Positions 31,290-41,423 of a DNA stretch of 64,000 nt are shown piece after piece (within the stretch, counting starts at the first letter, position 1; the number at the start of each line of letters is the position of its first letter). The translations under genes were made by a program, and so were the position numbers. The notes under the pieces are model-generated. The model was not told where the DNA came from, made no database searches, and saw only the letters and a list, made by a program, of their open reading frames with translations. This stretch comes from an uncultured bacterium. Its GTDB lineage: Bacteria > Patescibacteriota > Minisyncoccia > Phycocordibacterales > PALSA-1337. The stretch spans positions 442,042 through 506,041 of the forward strand of contig OY969557.1 of NCBI GenBank assembly GCA_963701025.1. Reading direction: 5' to 3'.

Positions 31290-32491
31290 TTAAACAACCA
31301 CCTTCACGAACCTCCGCTTCCCTATCTTGAGCACGACCGTCTCGGATGGAATGAAATTCGGATCTGTTATTTTTTCGTCTTTCTCCGTTTTAACAGCACC
31401 ATCGAGCGACTAACCGCCGCCATTCTGCCTTCGACGGCACGATCTTCGCCTTGATGAGCGCGTCGGCAAGCGCTTCGCCTGAAGCCATCTTTATTTCCAT
31501 GACATCTTCGGGAATACCGCCTTTGGCGAACGTATTCTCGAACGCTTCCTCGGCGGCCGCTGCGGCTTTTTCTCCGTGGAATCTCTTGACGATGTCGGCG
31601 GCGATGACAGCTTTGGCCGCGCGCGGACCGCGAGCCATGATGCTGTCCTTCTCGGACATCGGGATCCGGGTGCAATTCAGGAACAGAGGCTCGATCATCG
31701 GGTCGGGCAAAGCCATGAGCGCGCCGAAGAGATCGTTAGCCGGCTGATCGATGAAGACGCCGGTGCCGTTGGACTTGGACATGAGCTCGACCCGTGGTCG
31801 GATTGGCGACGAGGTTGAGGGCGATGACGAACTTCTCCTTGTTCTTCAGTTGTTTTGAGCAATGTGCGTCCCGCCAAAGCGTTGAATATCTGGTCGGTGC
31901 CGCAGAGCTCGGCATCGACGTCCATGGCCACGCTGTCATAGCCCTGCATCAGAGGGTACATGAATTCATGGAGATGGATCGGCGCGCCTTCCTTGAGGCG
32001 CTTTTGGTACATGTCGCGCTCGATCATCTGTTGGACGGTGAAATTGGAAGCGATATCGAGGATGTCGGCGAATGAGAGCTTGGCGAGCCATTCGGAATTG
32101 TATTTGACCAAGGCGGGGTTCACGTTATCTTTGAAATCGACGATCGGACTTATCTGCTCGCATCCAACCGGCCATGTTCTTCTTTACTTCTTCGGCGGAA
32201 AGTTGCTTGCGCGCGGCCGTCTTGTCCGAAGGATCGCCTATCAGTGCCGTAAAATCGCCGAAAAGAATGATGATCTTCATGGCCAAGCTGACGCAACTCC
32301 TCCAGGAATATCAGATTCTTGGCATGGCCTAGATGGATGGCGGTGAATGTCGGGTCAAGGCCGTAATATATGCGCATGGGTTCGCCGGATAGAAGCTTGC
32401 TCGTAAGAGCATCCTTGGACGGAAAAGCTTCCACGACCGTGCCACGGGCGAATATTTCGTCTATCTTCTTTTGGTCGGTGACTATTTTCAT
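31290..32491 (-). CDS. tyrS: Tyrosine--tRNA ligase, with several frameshifts
   Basis: YYGLDPT..IHLGH, YPLMQGYDSV, GTDQIFN, MSKS, S4-like tail ending KIGKRRFVKVVV. Confidence 0.92.
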
Positions 32492-32739
32492 GCTTTCTTC
32501 GGCCAGACCTTGGCCACGGCCAGAAGATATATGATCTCCAAAATACCCAGCGTATTCACGATGAGAAGGATAACGAACCACCACTTCTCGTTGCGGCGAG
32601 CCGCATGCCAGAGCGCATACCCTTTGAGGACAATAACGACTAGGAATAGCAGGCCGAAGAGTGCCCCGAATGTGCCGAAAGACATGAACGGGCTCATGCC
32701 CCAACCGCCGTATCCGCCGTAATAGAGTGAATGCATCAT
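32488..32739 (-). CDS. DUF5652-like small membrane protein
   Basis: KGYALWHAARRNEKWWFVILLIVNTLGILEIIYL. Confidence 0.85.
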   Translation of the reverse strand: MMHSLYYGGYGGWGMSPFMSFGTFGALFGLLFLVVIVLKGYALWHAARRNEKWWFVILLIVNTLGILEIIYLLAVAKVWPKKA

Positions 32740-32795
32740 GATAATGATATATGCGCGTTTATGATAATAACGCCCATTATATCATGAATGAGAGA

Positions 32796-33706
32796 CTAGA
32801 AGCCGAAGAGATGCATGAAGAACTGGCCTATGCTTCCAAAGAAACCGCGCTTCTGTCCTTTGTCCATATTGGCATTGGCTGTTCCGTTAGCGGGGCCGGA
32901 TTGATCGATGACCGTCGAGGCAGTGATGGATGTGCCATTGACCGTGCCCTGAACGAGAACCTTGTTGCCGACGACGACGCTCGAAAGAGCGATCGTATTC
33001 TGGCCTTCCAGGATCTTTGCGTTCGAGGCATCGACGGTATACGTCACACTGCTAGTCGTCGTGACGGTAAGAGTCGTGCCGTTCACTGCCGAGACCGTGC
33101 CTTCGACGATCGGTTGTCCGTTCCCGACGAAAGGCGGAGTCGAGGTGGCTCGTTTGCCATCGGTGCCCGGACCGCCCATGCGGCCCATGACGCCGTCAAA
33201 GATGGCTGTGGCTGTGACATTCGTGCCTGTGACCGTGCCTTGGACCGCGACCGTGTCGCCGATGGCGATCGACGAGACCGTGCTCGTGGCATTGCCCTTT
33301 CTCACGGTGGCATTAGTAACATCAACGGTATAGCTGACGGTAGCCGTCGTAGAGCCGAAGCCTTGGCGACCGCTCACGGTGATGATATTGCCGTTCACCG
33401 CCGTGACCGTACCGAATATGCCCGGCTTCATCATGCCAAAACCGCGGCCTCCAATACTGGGATTGCCCTGACCGTGACCTATTCCCGGACCGCCGCGGAC
33501 CATACCGGCGGGATTGACGGTGCCGGTGGCGCCCTTCATAGGACCGTTCCAAACGCCTTTGGGTTGGCCGTTATCACCTGATTGATCGTTATAGCCATTC
33601 TGTTGTTGCCAGAGCCGTTCGTCTCCGCAAAGGCCGGAATGGCCAAAGCCATGCTGGTGACGAGAGCGATGCCCGTACTGATAGAAATGATTTTTTTAGC
33701 GTTCAT
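32796..33706 (-). CDS. Secreted DUF5666-like OB-fold repeat protein, frameshifted near 33560-33600
   Basis: Signal peptide from ATG 33706 (MNAKKIISISTGIALVTSMALAIPAFA); two GTV.AVNG..TV...YTVD..NA...V.VQG repeats. Confidence 0.8.
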
Positions 33707-33819
33707 AACAAATATGCAAGATTAAGCGGATAAAAAGAGAAGGTTCGATAGGCCTTCGTGGGTTATGTACGACACATGTCGGTCAGGGGGTGCAGGATAT
33801 TACGAGGAGGCACAAGACA

Positions 33820-34773
33820 TTATGCAACCTGCAAGATAAATAACTCGCCGGGAAAATGCGCCGACTTTTCAACAGAACGATCCTTGCGCAAGATGACGTA
33901 TTCAAAGTCATAGGCATCGGTGAGCGCGGAAGCGGGCACGAAGAACAGGCATGTCGCAAGGCCGTCGGCGATGAGAGCTGTCGCGGATGTGACCCACACG
34001 GCGATGATATCGGACGGCGAGATGAGAGTCTTCGGATTGATAATATGGGTGAACGTCCCCCATTTCCGCCGGTTGCCGGCGGAGCCACAAATGCTTCCAC
34101 CTTCAAGGACGCACACACCGATGACTTTCTCTGCATTGTCCGGATCTTCCAGGCCGACGCGGATCGACGTCTTATTCACGTCGGCCTTTTGGTCCGTATC
34201 CGGCTTTTTATTTTTATACAGGATATCCCCTCCCGCGTTTATGCCGTAATGAAAAATACCGTTCGCTTCGAGCACGCCCCCCACGAGGTCGATGAGATAC
34301 CCTTTACCCGCGGCGCCAAAATCGAGCAATACCGGCTGTCTGACGACCATGATCGGAGGTCGAGCGGGCCCGGAATTGTGCCTGCCGGATTTGGAAGGAC
34401 GATATTCGATAGCCTCATCCCAGGCCGGCGGCGTCTTCAATTCCCCTTTTTTCCGCAACGAATATCGCGCGTCATATCCCGCATCGGAGATGAGATCGCC
34501 GATCATCGGCGTGACGAGGCCATTCGTCTTTATATAAAGGTCATGATAGAGCGAGATCATGGCATCCGCGTCGAGCGGCAATTCATACGTCCCCGCTTCT
34601 TTCGACATCTTCGTGACGAGCGAGTCGGGGCGAAAACGTGAATATGCCAGGTCGAAAGCATCGATGCGAGCCTTGATCCTGGACAAGAGCTCGGCTTCCC
34701 CGGCTACATCAAGCTCCTCGAATATATCTATCCGCCAGGTCGTGCCTATGGCTTGGAAATCGAATCTGGCCAT
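33820..34773 (-). CDS. apbE: FAD:protein FMN transferase
   Basis: AIGT, YSRFRPDS, LDFGAAGKGY, AGGD, HIINP, ADGLAT. Confidence 0.93.
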   Translation of the reverse strand: MARFDFQAIGTTWRIDIFEELDVAGEAELLSRIKARIDAFDLAYSRFRPDSLVTKMSKEAGTYELPLDADAMISLYHDLYIKTNGLVTPMIGDLISDAGYDARYSLRKKGELKTPPAWDEAIEYRPSKSGRHNSGPARPPIMVVRQPVLLDFGAAGKGYLIDLVGGVLEANGIFHYGINAGGDILYKNKKPDTDQKADVNKTSIRVGLEDPDNAEKVIGVCVLEGGSICGSAGNRRKWGTFTHIINPKTLISPSDIIAVWVTSATALIADGLATCLFFVPASALTDAYDFEYVILRKDRSVEKSAHFPGELFILQVA

Positions 34774-34803
34774 AACAATGTTATTATCGCAGGATTTTAT
34801 TTT

Positions 34804-35412
34804 CTACGCTTTGGCCTGCGCCTCTATCTGCGAGAGAGCGTCATCGAAGCCGATGGGAGTGAGCGATGAGCCGGAGACGTAGGTCAGGTTGACGCTGGCG
34901 ATATTATAGCCGATGACGTATTGCTTGTAACCGGAAATGAAATAGTTCTGATACCTCTCTGAAGTCCTGTCGCCCGCGGCCGGAGTGACGGAGACCGAGG
35001 TGATGACGTCGTTCGTGAGAGTGAGCGTGACCATGATCTGATCTTCCCCGCCCGGGGACATGTATGAGCCGGTCGCCGAATACGTTCCGTCCTTGTAGAC
35101 GGAGGCGGTCTGTTTCGGAACCGTCGCCGGAGGAAGCGTCGAAACAGTCGGCGCAGGGGTTACCGGTGTAGGCGTGGTGGACACGGGAATATTCACACAC
35201 TTTTGATCGTCGTCATCTCCTGAACATTTGAGGACGTAAGTGGTCTTGGAAGTGACAATTGGAGAAGGCAGTAGCACCTGGGCAGTGGTAATCGGAATAA
35301 ATGCAGAAGTGTTCGACCTTTCTGACACAAAAGTAACGCCGCCGACTCCGCCGATGACGAGCAGAGCGACGATGATGCCGACGAGCCTGTGTGTTGGATT
35401 GAATGGTTCCAT
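34804..35412 (-). CDS. Membrane-anchored FMN-binding domain protein
   Basis: YKDGTYSATGSY.SPGG; VSGSSLT flavinylation-like motif; adjacent to apbE. Confidence 0.85.
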   Translation of the reverse strand: MEPFNPTHRLVGIIVALLVIGGVGGVTFVSERSNTSAFIPITTAQVLLPSPIVTSKTTYVLKCSGDDDDQKCVNIPVSTTPTPVTPAPTVSTLPPATVPKQTASVYKDGTYSATGSYMSPGGEDQIMVTLTLTNDVITSVSVTPAAGDRTSERYQNYFISGYKQYVIGYNIASVNLTYVSGSSLTPIGFDDALSQIEAQAKA

Positions 35413-35417
35413 AGGGT

Positions 35418-35855
35418 CTATACGAATCTTTTAGGAGGCGCCGACGGCGGTTGCGCGGATATGCGCTTTTTCTTGCGCTGGATGCAAAGCGGATCAGGGC
35501 CATTCATGAATACGACGAGCAGAGCGACGGCCAAACCGAAGTCCCTGACACCGATCTCCCCGTAACCGATGACGTACATGATGTCAAATAAGTGAAGTGC
35601 CAGGAGCAGAGCCGCGAGCCGCGTTTGCCAGCCGAAGACCAGCATGAGGCCAAAGACCAATTCGAAAATCGCATTCACGGACACCAGGACGCCGGCGCTT
35701 ATACCAGTCAAAGCGACAAGCGAAGGCGGTATGTACGCCGTCCAGAGGCTGTTGTGCAGGAATTGCTGTAGGCTGAACCAGAGGACGACGGCCGCTAGGC
35801 CATAGCGGAGCACGCTTGACGCGTATCGTTCAAGGAATAAAGTCAGTCTTTGCAT
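35418..35855 (-). CDS. DoxX family membrane protein
   Basis: LRYGLA, FELVFGLMLVFGWQTR, VRDFGL. Confidence 0.82.
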   Translation of the reverse strand: MQRLTLFLERYASSVLRYGLAAVVLWFSLQQFLHNSLWTAYIPPSLVALTGISAGVLVSVNAIFELVFGLMLVFGWQTRLAALLLALHLFDIMYVIGYGEIGVRDFGLAVALLVVFMNGPDPLCIQRKKKRISAQPPSAPPKRFV

Positions 35856-35992
35856 ATATGAAATATCGGCCTTATGCCGTCACATATATACGAAGAAGAG
35901 GAAAAAAGGGTGCCTGAAATGAGGTGTGCGAGTCGGAGGTATAAAAAGAAGGGTGCCCGCGCAAGCGAACGCCCTTCGGTGGTTTTCTTCAT

Positions 35993-36550
35993 TTAGAGGC
36001 TTTCGATCGTCTTGCAGAGCTCTTGCCACGAACCGACCCGTTTCGCAATCGATCCTTCGTCAATATGACTGTTGTAGCCCCACGAGAATAGAAAGCGGTG
36101 CGGGACGATGCCGACGAGCGGCTCGAGCTTTTCGAGATCGTCGTCAATGTAGACATTGAGTCCGGCACATGCGCTCGCCTTGCTCACGCCGTAACCGACA
36201 CCGATGAAATCGAGAGCGAGACCCTTCTTCACGCTCCATTCTTTGGCGATCTCAAGTTCGACTTCGCCACGGGAAGTAACGATGAGAAACTTATGCCCTA
36301 AAGCAAGCAATTGAGGGACGGATTCAAGCATTCCAACGACAGGTTCCATGAGAAAGCCGACTTCCCGTGTTCCGTAGATGATCTTTTGGAGATTGCGGTA
36401 TTGTTCGGCGGTCAGGTGTCCCTCGCCGATTACGATTTCCTTCTTGAACTTCTCCGGAGGAATGTCTAGCCCATAAATTTTTTTGGCGGCATCTGATTTA
36501 AGTTTTCCACAGTCAGATATCACGCCGTCAAAATCGAGTCCGATTTTCAT
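35993..36550 (-). CDS. HAD-superfamily 5'-nucleotidase-like protein
   Basis: IGLDFDGVI, VTSR, K..., YIDD. Confidence 0.85.
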   Translation of the reverse strand: MKIGLDFDGVISDCGKLKSDAAKKIYGLDIPPEKFKKEIVIGEGHLTAEQYRNLQKIIYGTREVGFLMEPVVGMLESVPQLLALGHKFLIVTSRGEVELEIAKEWSVKKGLALDFIGVGYGVSKASACAGLNVYIDDDLEKLEPLVGIVPHRFLFSWGYNSHIDEGSIAKRVGSWQELCKTIESL

Positions 36551-36667
36551 TCGTTTCTTCTTTCTTTTTATGGTTCAGGTTTGTTTATGGACATTAGAGC
36601 ATATAGGCTCAATATTTGAAAGCTTAAGATGAGGTAGTAATGACACACAAATGCTTACTTGTCAATG

Positions 36668-36754
36668 CGGAGACGGTGGGATTCGAACCCACGAGGAGGT
36701 TGCCCCCCTAACACCTTAGCACGGTGCCGCTTTCGACCGCTCAGCCACGTCTCC
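36668..36754 (-). tRNA. tRNA-Ser(GCT)
   Basis: GGAGACG...GCACC-GTGCTAA-GGTGT, long variable arm, GGTTCGAATCC. Confidence 0.93.
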
Positions 36755-36836
36755 AACGCACGAGCGCGAACCTGGCCATTCTTGCATAAAATCCGTCATT
36801 TATCAAAAAGAAAAATAAATGTGCGATAATGTCGGC

Positions 36837-39149
36837 ATGATATTGGACGCCTCGATATCCGAACAATTCCGCATCACCCCGATGCAGAAAGCGGCTCTGA
36901 AGAAGCTCGGCATGGAGACGATCCGCGATCTGCTCTATCACTTCCCCGTCCGCTACGGCGACACGGCCGAAGCAAGGAACATAGATTCGCTGGCCCAAGG
37001 CGATACGGCTGTCATATTCGGGAAAATAACTGGCCTCAAGGCGAGCAAAGGATTCAAGACAAAGATGACCATGGCCGACGGCTACGTGGAAGATGAGACT
37101 GGCCGAGTCCACTGCGTCTGGTTCAACCAGCCCTACCTGGCCAAGATGACGCCCGAAGGAGTGCTCGTGCGCATTGAGGGAAAGATATCGCAGAGGAGAA
37201 AGAAGCAGGTAGAAGGAAGTATGGAGAAAGAAGAAAGCGGTAAGGAGAAAGGGGGTGGCGAACTGTACTTCTCCAACCCAAAGCTGGAAGTGGTGAATAA
37301 AGTGCCCATAGGCGTCGGTGATTCGCTTTTCGGCGCGGAAGGCGAAGACCATGCCCTATATCCGGTGTATCCGGAGTCGCGCGGCATCACTTCGAGCTGG
37401 CTTTACCACGCCATCCAAAAGATATTCAAAAGCGGCATATTGAATGAGATGGCCGACACTTTGCCGGGACACATCCTGGTCAAGTATCACCTGCCGAGCC
37501 TGAAGACCGCTCTCGTCTGGATACACGCCCCGCACAAGCGCGAAGACGCCCTGTCGGCCCGCAAGCGTTTTTCATTCGAGGAGATATTCACCATCCAGCT
37601 AGGGAAACAACAGGCGAGGGCGGAATACGAAGCCCATCCGGCATTCGCCGTGGAGACCGACGACGCTCACGTGGATGAATTCATCCGGCGCTTCCCCTTC
37701 CAGGCGACCGACGCCCAGCGCCGGGCTATCGGCGTCATAGTAGACGACATGCGCCGCGATCACGCCATGTCGCGCCTCTTGGAAGGAGACGTTGGCTCGG
37801 GCAAAACGGCCGTAGCCGCGGCAACGGCGTACGGCATCATCACTTCGAAGCCGCCGAAAAATACCGCGAATGTATTGGCAAAAGCGGCGAGCGGATCCGG
37901 CTTCACTCTGGCCAAGTCAGCCAGCGCCGCTGGCCGCGGAAATCTCCAAGTGGCCTACATGTGCCCGACCGAGATCCTGGCCACCCAGCAATTCGAGTCG
38001 TTCATACAATACTTTTCATACATGCCCATCCAGATCGGTCTCATCACCGGCTCCGGGTGCCGCAAATTCCCCTCCAAGGTCAATCCAAAGGGCTCGACGG
38101 ATATATCGCGTGCGCAATTATTGAAATGGGTCGAGAGCGGCGACATCCACGTCCTCGTCGGCACCCACGCTCTCATCCAAAAATCCGTCAAATTCAAGAA
38201 CCTAGCTTACTCCATCATCGACGAGCAACACCGGTTCGGCACGGCTCAACGGGCGGCGCTCATCAGGAAAAATCAATCGTCCTCCGGCGCAGGCACGAGC
38301 GGCGCTCTCGCCCCGCATCTTCTTTCCATGACCGCGACTCCCATACCGCGGACGCTCGCTTTAACCTTGTATGGCGACCTCGATCTGACCCTGCTCGACG
38401 AATCGCCGGCTGGCAGGAAGCCTATCATCACTGAACTGGTCCTGCCGGACGGCCGCCAAGAGGTCTACGAGAAAGTCCGCCGCGAATTGGCCGGAGGCCG
38501 TCAGGCATACGTCATCTGCCCGCGTATCGATGAACCGGACCCGGACAAGGAGCTCGCTTTGAACGCCAAATCGGTCAAAGAAGAGGCCAAACGATTGAAA
38601 AGATCTGTCTTTCCAGAATATGAGATCGGCGTACTGCACGGCAAGATGCCGGCCGCGGACAAGGAAAGCGTCATGGCCGATTTCAAAGACGGAAAGATAC
38701 GGATCCTTTGCGCCACGTCCGTGGTCGAGGTCGGAGTGAATGTGCCGAACGCGACCGTGATATTGATCGAAGGAGCAGAACGATTTGGCTTGGCGCAATT
38801 GCATCAATTGCGAGGCAGAGTGATGAGAAGCACGCATCAGGCCTATTGCTACGCCTTCACCGAGACTGACTCGGCTAAGTCCATAGAACGGCTGAAAGCC
38901 CTGCGGAATGCCAAGAACGGCTTCGAGCTGGCCGAGCTAGACCTGGCACAGCGCGGCTCCGGCGCCCTTGCCGGCATGCGCCAATGGGGCGTCTCCGACG
39001 TCGCCATGGAAGCTTTGAAGAATTTAAAGATGGTCGAAGCCGCCCGGACAGAGGCTATACGCCTCATAGAAGAAGACCATGAATTGTCCCGCTATCCCGA
39101 CCTCAAGAAAGAAGTAGCCGCGCGAAAGAAAGATCTCCACTTCGAGTGA
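36837..39149 (+). CDS. recG: ATP-dependent DNA helicase RecG
   Basis: WFNQPY, GDVGSGKT, DEQHRFG, MTATPIPRTL, QLHQLRGRV. Confidence 0.97.
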   Translation: MILDASISEQFRITPMQKAALKKLGMETIRDLLYHFPVRYGDTAEARNIDSLAQGDTAVIFGKITGLKASKGFKTKMTMADGYVEDETGRVHCVWFNQPYLAKMTPEGVLVRIEGKISQRRKKQVEGSMEKEESGKEKGGGELYFSNPKLEVVNKVPIGVGDSLFGAEGEDHALYPVYPESRGITSSWLYHAIQKIFKSGILNEMADTLPGHILVKYHLPSLKTALVWIHAPHKREDALSARKRFSFEEIFTIQLGKQQARAEYEAHPAFAVETDDAHVDEFIRRFPFQATDAQRRAIGVIVDDMRRDHAMSRLLEGDVGSGKTAVAAATAYGIITSKPPKNTANVLAKAASGSGFTLAKSASAAGRGNLQVAYMCPTEILATQQFESFIQYFSYMPIQIGLITGSGCRKFPSKVNPKGSTDISRAQLLKWVESGDIHVLVGTHALIQKSVKFKNLAYSIIDEQHRFGTAQRAALIRKNQSSSGAGTSGALAPHLLSMTATPIPRTLALTLYGDLDLTLLDESPAGRKPIITELVLPDGRQEVYEKVRRELAGGRQAYVICPRIDEPDPDKELALNAKSVKEEAKRLKRSVFPEYEIGVLHGKMPAADKESVMADFKDGKIRILCATSVVEVGVNVPNATVILIEGAERFGLAQLHQLRGRVMRSTHQAYCYAFTETDSAKSIERLKALRNAKNGFELAELDLAQRGSGALAGMRQWGVSDVAMEALKNLKMVEAARTEAIRLIEEDHELSRYPDLKKEVAARKKDLHFE

Positions 39150-39162
39150 CCTTGACAAATCA

Positions 39163-39759
39163 ATGGAAAAGAGTATCTTTTCACCTTGGAGGTCCTGGAT
39201 CGTACATTCAGGAAAAATGTTTGAAATAAAAAACGTAGTCATATGTCGGAGGACAATCATTATGCAAAAGATACACAGGAAATTGCCGAACCCCGTCAGC
39301 ACATTGAACAAGATTAACGGGATGTTCCATCAACTGCTTTTGAGACACCAGAACCTGAAAGCATACCTGAAGAGGAATGCCGAGCCGTTTTGGGAGTTAC
39401 TGACCTCGAAGGCGGCCGCGAATCACATGCGGAGAACCGAGCTTATTTATGTGCTCGAGCGCTTTGATCTGAACGACGGCAGCAGCATCACCATTTCCAT
39501 CGTCTTTCCTCTCGCGGGCATGCCGAGCATCATTCTGACGAAATTCGAATTTGACGCGAACGTTGAAGCGATGGTCCATCACCAGATCGGCTACGAGAAG
39601 CTGCAGACCATCAGCCGTTTCATCTGGCAAAAATTGCTCTTTCTCAGCAAGGGGACGTCGGTCCTTCTCGGAAACATCGTCGCACACTTCAGCCTGCATA
39701 AAGTGTGCCCGACTCTGATGGCGTTCGTGAATCCCCTGTTAACGACCTCTGTACCTTGA
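39163..39759 (+). CDS. Hypothetical protein (start uncertain)
   Basis: ORF with upstream TTGACA..TATCTT and a terminator near 39788-39825. Confidence 0.5.
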   Translation: MEKSIFSPWRSWIVHSGKMFEIKNVVICRRTIIMQKIHRKLPNPVSTLNKINGMFHQLLLRHQNLKAYLKRNAEPFWELLTSKAAANHMRRTELIYVLERFDLNDGSSITISIVFPLAGMPSIILTKFEFDANVEAMVHHQIGYEKLQTISRFIWQKLLFLSKGTSVLLGNIVAHFSLHKVCPTLMAFVNPLLTTSVP

Positions 39760-40020
39760 ATACTGGACGTATTTCCGGTTTCCACCAGACTGTCACTGCG
39801 CACTGCGCGGCGACGGTCTTTTTTAAATGTCCCCCAGAGCGAGCCATACCTCGAACTTGGGACAGAATTCTTACTACTTTGGCACGGTTAAATGAGCAGG
39901 GTTTGCTTCCTGATTTAAGTGCAATCGCTGGTTTACAGGGGCATGATAGCAAAGAGGAGATTTAGTTGAAGACGTGGAGGTTTGTCGGAAGGGGCAAAAG
40001 AAACACTCCTTGTCTTTAAA

Positions 40021-40674
40021 TTACTTGATAACCATGGCCGTTTTATCTCCGTGGCAGATTAAGCTTTTCATATCCCAGGCAAGATAACGCATATATGTTT
40101 GATCATCCTCAGTCGCCTCGCTGGTAATAAGTTTCTGGATGCTTTTGAGAAAATACCCCCGTGCCGATATCGTAGCCTCGCCGGCAGTATGACCCTTGGC
40201 CAAGGAGACGATGACGTGATTAGCCGGTGTCAGAAACATATCTGCAGTTTTGTCTCCGAGTGGCCGGCTCATTTTGTCCGGTGATATGAAGAATATGAAA
40301 TCCTCTTCATAGCCAATATAGGCGCTAGCACCAGCTTTGATAGCAGCCGGTCCAAGCATTTGACCCGAACTGCAGGACAAGGCGTATGTGACCATGTCCT
40401 TCAAAACACCTTCGTTCTTACCGGCCACAACGAGTATTTGATTGTTATGTCCGGTCACAACATCGGGACCACCGTGACCATTCAGGAAAATCAAGGACGG
40501 ACAATGCTTCTGGATCATACTATCTAGAACCGAGGAGATGGCTCGTTCTTTGGCAAGAACAATGAACTGAAGGTTCTTTGACTTCAATTCTTCGATAGTC
40601 TTCACAGCCCAAGCGGAAATGTATCGTGTTGTCGAGTCAGATTTAGGAGTTGTTACTAGTGCTATATTGCTCAT
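40021..40674 (-). CDS. Clan CD (caspase/gingipain/CHAT-like) cysteine peptidase-fold protein
   Basis: hhhhNGHG (LIFLNGHG) and hhhSC (TYALSCSSG) His-Cys dyad motifs; GASAYIGY. Confidence 0.72.
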   Translation of the reverse strand: MSNIALVTTPKSDSTTRYISAWAVKTIEELKSKNLQFIVLAKERAISSVLDSMIQKHCPSLIFLNGHGGPDVVTGHNNQILVVAGKNEGVLKDMVTYALSCSSGQMLGPAAIKAGASAYIGYEEDFIFFISPDKMSRPLGDKTADMFLTPANHVIVSLAKGHTAGEATISARGYFLKSIQKLITSEATEDDQTYMRYLAWDMKSLICHGDKTAMVIK

Positions 40675-40885
40675 AGAATATGCCTTCTTTCATTGACCGC
40701 AGAAAATCCATCTCGATTGCAACAATCTTCTTGCCAACCTCATCGTCTTTTTTGACATGTTCAATAAGTCTGTCCTTAGTGAATTCACCGGACGAACCAA
40801 TTGACATCTCCTTGTCTGCCGGGAGTTTCTGCAGACGGGCTATTACCAAATCAATGATTTCTTTTTCTGTGTCCGTAGTATTCAT
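40643..40885 (-). CDS. Small hypothetical protein (80 aa)
   Basis: Overlaps both neighbours; shares the G..T.......V..D...G..IV pattern with 40882..41073. Confidence 0.75.
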   Translation of the reverse strand: MNTTDTEKEIIDLVIARLQKLPADKEMSIGSSGEFTKDRLIEHVKKDDEVGKKIVAIEMDFLRSMKEGIFYEQYSTSNNS

Positions 40886-41073
40886 ATAATTTTAAGCTCT
40901 ATTAGCTTCTCGACAATGATATCGCCTAATTTGGTGTCGTTGCTCACTTCAATATACGCGACATTCCAGGTAATTGGCCCTTTATCGGGCAACACGAGAA
41001 TTACTTGGTCCCGTAGACCAATAGGCAGGTTGGCATACACACTGAAAAATTTGTCCTTGGGAAGTGTTGTCAT
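40882..41073 (-). CDS. Small hypothetical protein (63 aa)
   Basis: AAGGA SD, TATAAT upstream, 4-bp overlap with the next gene. Confidence 0.75.
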   Translation of the reverse strand: MTTLPKDKFFSVYANLPIGLRDQVILVLPDKGPITWNVAYIEVSNDTKLGDIIVEKLIELKII

Positions 41074-41423
41074 ATCCTTTGTTGCTCATATTATACCATG
41101 TGTAGCTATTGGTCAAAGACGGTAAATCACATATGTGCTTACAAAAAATATTAGGGGAAGGGTGCTAAGAACGACACTCTTCTACGAGTTCAATTGTTCC
41201 CTGTGATGTTCTCTTGATAACATTTTTGCGGATGAGTGCGTCCACTACTTTCATGCCAGACCAACATCTCATAGACTTTGAGATCGTGTAATCAAGTGTT
41301 TACCTGTTTACCTACTTTTACCTCATTTTGACCCTATGCTGTTTACCTAAAACATCGAACCTGAATTTCATTCCATTGTTGAGCCACTTATGGAGTGAAT
41401 ATTTGCCGTTTCTACCAAGTTTG

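Noticed and set aside
39826-39965. Possible second att site or recombinase-tail remnant for the tRNA-Ile island (TGTCCCCC...TCGAAC)
   Set aside because: Similarity to the tRNA 3' end is too short and gapped to support.
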